NCBI GenBank assembly: GCA_028534125.1
Contig: CM052816.1
Coordinates: 39,124,001-39,188,000, forward strand
Source of the DNA: Lama glama
Lineage: Eukaryota
DNA: 64,000 nt
Direction: 5' to 3'
Below are positions 53,243-64,000 of this stretch, in pieces. The notes beneath the pieces were generated by a model that was not told where the DNA came from, did no database searches, and was given only the letters and a program-made list of their open reading frames with translations. How positions within the stretch are numbered: position 1 is the stretch's first letter; each line of letters opens with the position of its first letter. The translations under genes and the position numbers were made by a program.

Positions 53243-54979
53243 GTGTGTATATATTATTCATAATCATTATTCATTTAAAGTATACAAAAGGCAATTTTAG
53301 GAAGATTTTATTGTAGTAAATGATTTACTTTTTTGTTTCAAGATAGAAACTGCTAGAAGGGAAAGTTGTTACATTCTCAAAATTCATGTATATGCTTAAC
53401 CCTCTGTTTTAACTAATTCATTTGCATAAAGTATGTAGATAACACATTTAGTTTAATTTAAAACTAGATTTATTTAATATACCTGGAAAATTCACAAATA
53501 CAGGAGAAACCTTAATTATAACACAGATGGGATTATAATGTTGATTCATTGGTTATAGATATTTATTAACTATTCTTTTTTAGCCAATTTCACTATGAGA
53601 AAACATCAGTATCATCAACAAAGGAACAAAACCTTTAGAATTTTGGAATTTCAAAACATAAGTTTACTACTATTCTAAATCAAACCAACATTTGTTATTC
53701 ATTTGTTCTTCCTGAATATATGAAACATATTTAATATTTATTTTTATCTTAGTAGCAGAATAATTGGTCATTATTTTCTAATTGTTTTTTCTCAAAAGGC
53801 TGACATAAGCCTTTAGGTCATGAGAAACAATTTGTTGTTCCCTAGGAAACCAGACTAGAAAACACAAATAAATAAATGCAAAAAAATCTGAATTGGCCAT
53901 ATATGGTCTCTGTCTTCAATGACCTTGCAGTTTAGATAGGAGACAAAACTGGGACTTATCAGTAGAGTGAAGCAGCTTTTTCGTTTATTCGCCTGTGTCT
54001 GATACTGAAACTACAAAGACCAATCAGATATGAACCTTGCCTTTAAGTTGCTTAGAGTTTAATACGGGGAGAAAAACACACAAAAGGAGTACAGTTAGTA
54101 CTTAGAAATGCCATGATTAAACCTGTACAGACTGATGTGGAATCAAAGTGGAGAAAATGGCCTTTTTTATCTGGGATGATGTGGAAATGCTTATAGACAG
54201 TGTGGCACTTGAATTGACTCATGAAGATAAGTGATTTCTCATAATGCAAGCAGACTGGGGACAAGTTCTTAACAGGAAAAATGAGCAGGGAAAGTAGAGG
54301 CAAAAATGTGTGAAAAGTCTTGGTAAGGAGTTTATTATGACATGAGTAGCATGATTGTTAGTTGAACAGAGAGAGTTGAGCTTGGTAAGGGCTTGATCAT
54401 AGGAGGCTTTCTTTGCCATATTAACATAAATGATGTTATCCTGTGTACGTCTGGAAGCCACTGAAAAGAGTAAACCTTGGGAGTAAAAATGATCAAATAT
54501 GCATTTTAGATACAGTACTTTGAAGATACTGTAGAAGATGAAGCTGAGGGGGAGAATTTGAGAAAAAAGTAAGCATTTAGGAGACCATTTAGAATTTATC
54601 TCTAGAGATAGAATAGAATATATTTGAGAAAAATTTAGTTTGGATAAAAGTTTATTAGTTTGATGTTGCTGCTACAAAATATGGAAAAATTTAGAATCAT
54701 GTCTGGCTATCCAGTCTGGGGAACTAAAGACACCTTTTAACTGCAGTCCAGCTCAAGAAATGGATAATTATAAATATTCCAAAATACTTTACTCCCTTCA
54801 GGTTACCACCCTCCTGACATCTACAATGAATAGGTTAATTTGTTCTGTATTTAAACTTTATGAGTACCCAGGAAGACACAGCACATAGTCATTTGTATCT
54901 GCATTGTGTTACTCAGCAACGTGCTTTTGAGCATCTATATGGTTGCATATAACAGAAATTCATTTTAATTGCTCACTAG

Positions 54980-55185
54980 CAGTGCTATCCAACCAGATTT
55001 TCTAAAATGATGAAAATATTTTATAACTCTGATGTACAGTGTAGCCTCCAGCCACATGTGCATTTTGTGTATTTGAAATTCAGTGAGTGTGAATGAGGCA
55101 CTGCAGTTTTAATTTTATTTAGTTTTAATTGACTTCAATTTGAGTAGGCGCATATGGATAATAGTTACCATGTTATAGAGCATAG
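54980..55185 (+). mobile_element. MER3 hAT element within an old L1
   Basis: cagtgctatccaa ... ccagccacatgtg ... ttttaattttatttagttttaatt. Confidence 0.7.
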
Positions 55186-56541
55186 TTTTACAGTAGTCCA
55201 TTATATGAATATATTAAAATTTGTTCATTTGTTCTACACTTAATGTTTCCAGTTTAGGGCTATTACGATTACTGTTTCTATGAGCATTCTAGTACTTGTC
55301 TTTTGGAGAACATATGAATACATTTCTACTAAGTACATATATAAACAGAAGAATCTCTGGGTCATAGTGTAAATGTATATTAAGCTTTTCAACATCTTTT
55401 AGAAGTATTTGCACAAGTTCATTCTTCTACTAGTCTTATTGTTTTTAAACTTGAACAATTTTAATAGGCATGTGTTGATGTTTCATTGTAGTTTTAATTT
55501 CCTTATTCAGAAGACTAATGTTATTGAACATACTTTCCTTTGTTCATTAGCCTTATGAATGTACAGTTTTGTCAAATGTCTGTTCAGTTCTTTTGTCTAT
55601 TTTTACATTAGGTTGTCTGTCTTTTTTAATCACTGATTTGCAGGAGTTCTTTATATATATTTCTTAATGACAAAGATGAGTTATATTTATATTTCCCAGC
55701 AATAAAAATTAGACAAGTATGATTTTTAAAAGGCTATTTGTTACAGCTTCAAAAAGCATGAAGTGTTTCGTAATATATTTATTTATTTATTTATTTATTT
55801 AATATATATTCTTTATACACTCCAAATGTGGGAGGTCATTTGTCATATATATTCATGAAAAATATCTTCAACTCTGTGACTTGCCTTTTCACTCTGATAA
55901 TGGCATCTTTTGAGTGAAATAAAATTTTAATTTTAATGTCCCTTCTAAGAGATCTTTGCCTGATCAAAATTATGAGTACATTTCCTATGTGATTTTAATA
56001 AAAGATTACAAGGTCAGCAGTTCAGCTGGAAATGATTTTTTTTTTGTATAAAGTAGGGGCCCAGATTAATCCTTTTTTTATATGAATACTAGTTGACTCA
56101 CCACCATTTATTTAAAGGCTATCTTTTCCTCACAGTATTGCACAAGCAGACTCCATATATATAGGTCTATTTCTACATCCTGTTCTGTTCCATTAGTTTA
56201 TTTTTGTATCCTTGCACCAACATTACACTGTCTTAATTGCTATATATTTATTGTGAACATTTGTATCAATCTTTGTTGTAAGTCCATCTTTGAGATTATC
56301 TTTGTCATTCTTAGCCCTTTGTATTTCCAGGTGATTAAAATCGCCTAGTTTCATTCCTAGATAACTGATGTTTTTGATGTTTAATATAGCATAGTATAAT
56401 GTAGTTTACTGCTGGTATGAAGGAAAAGTAATTCATTCTTGTGCTTTGACCTTATGTTTGAGAGAGAGTTGGTAGATAGTTGGTGCTTACTTCATATTTT
56501 CTAATAATTAGTTGGTAGATCTTTCCAGAATTTCTATGTAA

Positions 56542-57019
56542 TGTGGAACAAATTTCACCACAGCAGAGCTGCAAAGAAATAATGGTTTTATTTCGGATCT
56601 CAGAATTCCAATTCAGGGGATACTGATTTCAGCAAGCATTTAAAATGTGTTCCAAGGAGAAGAGAAAAGTCAAGGATTTATAAAAGAAAAACAAAAGCAA
56701 AAACAAAAACAAAAAACACAAGCTTGCAAAAATTGTTTCAGAAGAATTATGATTATTGCTGGCAAACTGAAGCTGTTTTTATTTTTACGTGATTGGTTGC
56801 TAAAGGCTACACTAGAGGGAGGTAAAAGTTCATTACTGTGACAGATTGCAGGTTTCCTTGTAGGGTCCTTCGATTATTTGTGTTTTGGTCCAACTCGAAA
56901 GTTCATGGGTCCAGCTAGTGAGGGCATACATAAGCCCTGCTTCCTTAATTGCCTCCAGGCTCCATTTTAAATAGCTCTCTTAGCGATAATGGCTACATTT
57001 TGAAGTTCCTCTTTCCACG
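56542..57019 (-). mobile_element. Solo LTR, probably ERV class I
   Basis: Inverted termini tgtggaa...ttccacg, 4-bp flanks gtaa/gtac, and minus-strand TATA-like and AATAAA signals. It interrupts an old L1. Confidence 0.7.
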
Positions 57020-57672
57020 GTACGTAATTGTTATCTGCAAATAATGATTTTTATTTCTTCTTCGCCAACCCTTATATCATTTTCCCCCACTGATTAAGCT
57101 GTCATGTACAATGCTAAATAGAAGTATTGGGAGTATCCTTGTTTTTTACGCTCATCGGGATGAAGGTTTTTGGTATTTCATTGTTAGATAAATTTACTGT
57201 AAATTTCACCCTTAAGTGTGGTATTGGTACCATCTATCAGAATAAGCCAGTTTACTTCCATTTGTAGTTCACTAAAACTTTTTTTAATTACTAAATTTTG
57301 AAAATTTTCAAACGCATTTGATACATCTGTTGAGATGATCACAGTATGATATACTTTATTCTGGGAATAAATCGGATTTGGTCAGTTGGTGGATTTATTT
57401 TGCTGATATTTTGTTTAGAATTTTTGCATCTGTGTTAATGAATAAGGTTGCCTTAATTTTCTCTTCTTAGTAATATGCTTGTTAGGTTTTGGCAACAGTG
57501 TTATTCTGGCCTTGTAAAACGAGTTAAGAAGTATTTCGTCTTTTCCTAATATCTGACTATTTTATGGATGTATGGTATTTTTTTTAAAATTGAATCTTTG
57601 CAATAAATCACTTACATCACCTGGGCCTGAAATTTCTTTGTGAGAATGTTTTAAATTCAAAAATTGAATGCC

Positions 57673-57674
<2 letters not shown>

Positions 57675-57710
<36 letters not shown>
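57675..57710. repeat. (TG)18 microsatellite
   Basis: Perfect dinucleotide run. Confidence 0.97.
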
Positions 57711-57711
<1 letters not shown>

Positions 57712-58165
57712 CTAATCTTTCTGCCTTTATCTTTATAATTTCTATCATTTAACTTTTATGTTTATAATATTTTTATTTTATTCACATATATATTCTACCC
57801 ATTGGTGTATGTGCCATTTCCATTCAGATATAAATTTAGCTGCATCCTGTAAGTCTTGATATATATTTTTCTCATACTTTTAATTTAAATATGCCTTTCA
57901 ATGTATTTTTTAATTTGAACCATGTGTTATTTAGAAGTGTATAGTTTAATTTCTAAATATTTGGAAGTTTTCTTGATATATTTTTGTTAGTTACCTTAGT
58001 ATTGAGTCCACTGTGTTCAGAGAATGTATAAGGATTCTTTCCTTGAAAATTTCTTTAGACTTAAAAAAGATCTGAAATCTTTGTTACTGTGTTTGCCTAA
58101 ATCTTTTATTTCTATCATTTTTGCTATGTATATTCTGAGGCTGTATTAACTGAAAACAAATTTAG

Positions 58166-61070
58166 TTTTATTTATTTATTTTTTAATTGAAGTATAGTTG
58201 ATTTACTATGTTGTGTTAGTTTCTGGTGTACAGCATAGTGATTCAGTTACACATATGTGTATTCTTTTTCATATTCTTTTTCATTTTAGGCTAATACAAG
58301 ATATTGAATATAGTTCCCTGTGCTATACAGTAGGACTTTGTTGTTAATCTGTTTTATATATAGTAGTATGTATCTGATAATCTCCAACTCCTAATTTATC
58401 CCTCTCTCCTTTTCCCCTTTGGTAACGTGAGTTGGTTTTCTGTGTCTGTGACTCAGATTCTGTTTTGTAAATGAGTTCATTTGTCTCATTTTTTTTAGAT
58501 TCCACATAAAAGTGGTATCATATGATATTTACCTTTCTCTGTGTGACTTCTCTTGTATGGAAATCTCTAGATCCAGCCATCTTGCTGCAAATGGCTTATT
58601 TCATTCTTTTTTTATGACTGAGTAGTATTCCAATGTATAAATATATCATTTCTTCTTTATCCATTCATCTGTCAGTGGAAGCTTGTTTCCATGTCTTGAC
58701 TATTGTAAAATAGTATTGCTGTGAACATTTGGGTGCATGTATCTTTTTGGATTAGAGTTTTTTCTGGATATATTCCCAGGAGTGGGATTGCTGGATCAAT
58801 ATGGTAGCTCTATTTTTAGTTTTTAAAGAAATCTTCATACTATTTTCCATAGTGGCTGCACCAAACTACATTTCCACCAACCGTGTAGGAGAGTTCCTTT
58901 TTCTCCATACCCTCTCCAGCATTTATCATTTGTAGATTTTTTTAATGATGGTCATTCTGACTGGTGTGAGATGATACCTCATTGTATTTTGATTTGCATT
59001 TCTCTGATAATTAGCAATACTGAGCATCTTTTCACGTGCCTATTGGCTACCTCTGTGTCTTCTTTGGAGAAATATATGTTTAGGTCTTCTGCCCATTTTT
59101 GATTGCATTGTATTTTATTATTGTTGTTATTGAGTTGTATGAGCTACTTGTATATTGTAGAAATTAAGCACTTGTCAGGTGCATCATTTGCACATATTTT
59201 CTTCTATTCAGTAGGTTATCTTTTCGTTTTGTTTATAGTTTCGTTCCCTCACTGTGCAAAAACTCATAAGTTTAACTTTTTGGGGTTTTTTTTGCTTTTA
59301 TTTCTATTGCTTTGGTAGGCTGACCTAGGAGAACATTGCTAAGATTTATGTCAGAGAATGTTTTGCCTGTATTCTCTTAAGAGATTTATGGTGTCTTGTC
59401 TTATGTGTAAGTCTTTAAGCCATTTTAAGTTTATTTTTGAATATTGTGTGAGGGAATGTCATAACTTCATTGATATACGTGCAGCTGTCCAGCTTTCCCA
59501 ACAGCACTGGCAAAGAGACCATCTTCTCTCCACTGTATTTTGCCTCCTTTGTTGAAGATGAATTGATATAGGAGTGTGGGTTTATTTCTAGGGTCTCTGT
59601 TCTGTTCCATTGATCCATATGTCTGTTTTGTGCCAATAACACACTGTTTTGATTACTATAGCTTTGTAGTATTGTCTGAAGTCTGGGAGGGTTATGCCTC
59701 CTGTTTCACTCTTTTTCTGCAGTACTGCTTTGACATTTATGGGTCTTTTGTGATTCCATATAAATTTTAAATTATTTGTTCTAGTTCTGTGAAAAATGTA
59801 GGTAATTTTATAGAGATCCCATTAAATATATAGCTTGCTTTGAGTACTATGGCCATTTTAACAATATTAATTCTTCCAGTCCAAGAGCATGGGCTACCTT
59901 TCCATTTCTTTAAATCATCTTTAATTGCCTTTACCAATGTTTTGTAGCTCTCAGCATATAAATCTTTAACCTCCTTGTAAGGGTTATTCCTAAGTTTTTC
60001 AGTTTTTTGGATATCATTTTCAGAGATTTTTTTTAACTTCTATTTTCTGATATTTCATTGTTAGTGTAAAGAAATGCAACAGATGTTTGTATGTTAATCT
60101 TGCTACCTAGCTGAATTCTTTTATTAGCTCTAGTAGATTTTGTGTGAAGTCTTTAGGGGTTTCTATATATAGTATCATGCCATCCTCATATAGTGACAGT
60201 TTTACCTCTTCCTTTCCAATTTGGATCCCTTTGATTTCTTTTTCTTGTCTGAATCCCATGGCTATGACTTCCAATATTATGTTGAATAGAAGTGGTGAGA
60301 GTAGGCATCTTTGTTTTGTTCCAGATTTTAGTGGGAAGGCTTTTAGCTTTTCTCCATTAAGTATGGTGTTAGGTGTGGGTTTGTCATAAACAGCTTTTAT
60401 TATGTTGAGATATGTTCCCTCTGCATCTACTTTGATAAGAGTTTTTATCATGAATCTTTGTTGAATTTTATCAAATGCTTTTTCTGCATCAGTTGAGATA
60501 ATTATGTGGGTTATGTCCTTTCTTTTGTTGGTGTGGTGTATCACATTGATTGATTTACACATGTTGATCCATCCTGCTGACCCTGGGATGAATCCAACTT
60601 GATCATAGTGTATGATCTGTATGATCTGTTGTATTCGATCTGCTAATATTCATTAAAATTTTTTGCATCTATATTCATAAAAGATATGGGCCTATAATTT
60701 TCTTTTTTGGTAGTACTTTTCTCTGCTTTTGGTATCAGGGTTATGATGGCTTCATAGAATGACTTTGGGAGTGTTCTCTCCTCTTCAGTCTTTTGGAAGA
60801 ATTTGAGAAGGACTGGTATGAGTTCTTTGTATGTTTGGTAGAATTCCCCAGTGAATCAATCTGGTCCTGGGCTTTTGTTTGCAGGAAGGTTTATTGTTTT
60901 TGTTTTTGTTTTTGTTTTTGTGATTGTACTTCACTTTTAGTGATCAGTCTGTTCAAATTATCTATTTCTTCTTGATTCAGTTTTGGTGGACAGTATGTTT
61001 CTAGAAACTTGTCCATTTTTTTCTAGGTTGTCCAATTTGTTGGCATATAATTATTTATAGTATTCATGTA
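58166..61070 (-). mobile_element. 5'-truncated LINE-1 (about 2.9 kb)
   Basis: RT ORF 60107-60562 ([10 protein letters not shown]...[11 protein letters not shown]...LYEDGMILY). Perfect TSD aaaacaaatttag (58153-58165 / 61071-61083). Confidence 0.95.
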
Positions 61071-62226
61071 AAAACAAATTTAGAATTACCTTAACTTCCT
61101 GCTTTATTGACCCCTTTATCCTTGTGAGACACTCTTCTTTATCTCTAATGACTTTTTTGTCTTAGAGCTACTTTTCTTCTGATTTAATATTGCTTTATCA
61201 GCTGTATTTTATTAGCATTTGCGTAAAGTATAGTTTTCTTTCCTTTTACTTTCCATCCTTCTCTGACTATACATACTTAAGGTATACCTAGTAAGACATA
61301 AATAGTTGAATTAAGAAAAAAAGCAGGTCTGACAACTTAGTTTTTAAGTTGGAGTATTAAATTAAAAATAATTGCTAATATGTTTGGGTTATCAACAATT
61401 ACTTTATTATTTTTTTTACTTCTTCCTTTTGTTTCTTTCTTTACTTCTCTTGAATTGATCAAGTTATTTCTAATTTTTAATAATTTCTCTCTATTATTAT
61501 GCTAAGTATGTATTTTTTTTCTTCTTATAGTAGTCACCTTAGAAAGGAAGGTATTTGAAACTATGACTCAAAATCTACAAGTCAGGAGGGAAAGACTGAT
61601 ACATTTTACTCCATAAAATTAAAAATAATAAAGTCAAATTCAAGCAATGATGAATATATGCAGCTCATATCCTATACAAAGATTTACTCCTCTACTAAGT
61701 AAAGCTCTTCTAAGATTAATAACCCTATAGAAAAGTGTGAAAGCATCAAAGAAAAGAAAAAACAAGTACAAATATGGAAGAATGTTCAGCCACATCTATA
61801 ATAAGGGTCATAGAAATTAAAATTTTAGTGTGATAATATTTCTGTACCTAGTTGACAGGAATAAAATCCTGATAATAAAATTGCTTATGTGGCAGTGTAG
61901 AAACAGAATACTTTCATATATTGCTTGTAAGATGACAAAATGGTGCAACTCTGATGAAAAGGGTATCTTTAATATCTAAAGCAATTGCAGATATGTTTGC
62001 CGTTTATGCCAGCACTTGTACTTCTTGCAGACCTTATTGCAGATATCGTGCCTACTGATATATTTACATTCGTAAGGCTATCTATATATACAACCACATA
62101 TTATTTAGGTAACAACATGGACTAGTACTAGATGGAGGGTCACTACTAGGGGGCAAGCAAACTGGCAGAATTTCTGGTGATCACATGGGGCTAAGAGTGA
62201 CAGCATTCTTTATCCTCTGGAGAAAG

Positions 62227-62726
62227 NNNNNNNNNNNNNNNNNNNNNNNNNNNNNNNNNNNNNNNNNNNNNNNNNNNNNNNNNNNNNNNNNNNNNNNNNN
62301 NNNNNNNNNNNNNNNNNNNNNNNNNNNNNNNNNNNNNNNNNNNNNNNNNNNNNNNNNNNNNNNNNNNNNNNNNNNNNNNNNNNNNNNNNNNNNNNNNNNN
62401 NNNNNNNNNNNNNNNNNNNNNNNNNNNNNNNNNNNNNNNNNNNNNNNNNNNNNNNNNNNNNNNNNNNNNNNNNNNNNNNNNNNNNNNNNNNNNNNNNNNN
62501 NNNNNNNNNNNNNNNNNNNNNNNNNNNNNNNNNNNNNNNNNNNNNNNNNNNNNNNNNNNNNNNNNNNNNNNNNNNNNNNNNNNNNNNNNNNNNNNNNNNN
62601 NNNNNNNNNNNNNNNNNNNNNNNNNNNNNNNNNNNNNNNNNNNNNNNNNNNNNNNNNNNNNNNNNNNNNNNNNNNNNNNNNNNNNNNNNNNNNNNNNNNN
62701 NNNNNNNNNNNNNNNNNNNNNNNNNN
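62227..62726. other. Assembly gap (500 N)
   Basis: Run of exactly 500 N. Confidence 0.99.
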
Positions 62727-63430
62727 AGTGTGGAGATTCCTCAAAAGACTAAGAATAGACTTACCATATGACCCAGGAATCCTGCTCCTGGGCATCTATC
62801 CAGAAGGAACTCTACTTCAAAAAGACACCTGCACCCCAATGTTCATAGCAGCATTATTTACAATAGCCAAGACATGGAAACAGCCTAAATGTCCATCAAC
62901 AGATGACTGGATAAAGAAGATGTAGTATATTTATACAGTGGAATACTATTCAGCCATAAAAATGACAACACCATTTGCAGTAACATAGATGTCCCTGGAG
63001 AATGTCATTCTAAGTGAAGTAAGCCAGAAAGAGAAAGAAAAATACCATATGAGATTGCTCATATGTGGAATCTAAAAAAAAAAAAATAATAAATAAATAC
63101 AAAACAGAAACAGACTCATAGACATAGAATACAAACTTGTGGTTGCCAAGGGAGCAGGGGGTGGGAAGGGACAGACTGGGATTTCAAAATTTGTGTATAC
63201 TGACAGGTATATGCAGAATAGATAAACAAGATTATACTGTATTGCACAGGGAAATAGATACAAGATCTTGTGATAGCTCACAGTGAAAAAATATGTGACA
63301 ATGAATATATGTATGTTCATGTGTAACTGAAAAATTGTGCTTTACACTGGAATTTGACACAACATTGTAAAATGACTATAACAATAAAAAAAGTAAATAA
63401 ATAAAATGGGGAAAGGCTTAAAAAAAAAGA
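62727..63430 (+). mobile_element. Young LINE-1 3' end abutting a gap
   Basis: [39 protein letters not shown], followed by the 3' UTR and an A-rich tail. Confidence 0.93.
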
Positions 63431-63524
63431 ATTAGTGGTAGGAATGCGTTGTTTTAATGAAGCACCTCGAATTATGTTTATCACAGTGAACTTTGAAGGC
63501 AGCTATGTGAGAGATCCGAGAGCT

Positions 63525-63728
63525 ATCCTGTCCTGCATTGTAGACAATAACCGCGTAGAGCTATTTAAATTTCATTACATTAAATGCAATTAAAAATTCA
63601 GTTCCTCAGTAACCGATAACCTAATTTTACTTGTTTAATGGTCACATTTGACTATTCTAATGGATGGACAGTGTAGATGTAGAACAGTGCCTTTGTCACA
63701 GAAAGTCCTGTGCACACTACTACTCCAG
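63525..63728 (-). mobile_element. MER3-like hAT element
   Basis: aaaaattcagttcctcagt ... ggacagtgtagatgtagaaca ... cacagaaagt. Confidence 0.6.
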
Positions 63729-64000
63729 AGCGAGGCATATTCCACAGGGATCTATGAACTGTAGGAGCCCACACTGAACTTCAGTATGTTTTTGAAATAA
63801 TAAAATTCTGTCTATAACAGTAGTTTGTCCTTTTAAAAAATTTGTGAGTATTATTTCATTTTATGAATATTCTATAGTTGATTCATGCTCTTATTAATGG
63901 GCATTTGAGTTGTCTGCAGTGTTTGGCTGTTATAAATAAATATTTGAAATACTATTGTATCATTACAAATGGCATAGACTTATTAATGTTTCCTGTTTTA

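Noticed and set aside
62140..62158. Second CTCF-like motif (CTACTAGGGGGC)
   Set aside because: It mismatches a high-information core C, so it is too weak without ChIP data.
1..64000. CRISPR array, operon or other novel prokaryote-like system
   Set aside because: There are no regularly spaced repeats or dense ORFs; a mammalian intron-exon structure plus known TE classes explains the window.

Overview
AT-rich mammalian genomic DNA, most likely camelid, based on a tRNA-derived SINE resembling the camelid Vic-1 family. The window carries six intact, open, correctly phased coding exons of a + strand organic anion transporter gene, SLCO6A1 (OATP6A1): 21663-21920, 25110-25295, 26951-27047, 38420-38615, 46103-46256 and 53055-53242, equivalent to about human exons 2, 3, 4, 8, 9 and 10. 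Exon 1, exons 5-7 and exon 11 onward are not visible. Three exactly 500-N placeholder gaps interrupt the assembly. The rest is mostly transposable elements: young and old LINE-1, L2, MIR, ERVL/MaLR/ERV1 LTRs and hAT MER elements, often nested. I found no evidence of a new biological system. The points worth checking are a GC-AG intron, the missing exon block, substitutions at conserved OATP positions, and several readable retrotransposition by-products (tail-less tandem SINE, twin-primed L1, 3' transduction, L1 beside a splice donor). Repeat subfamily names and human exon numbering come from memory of consensus sequences, not from a search.
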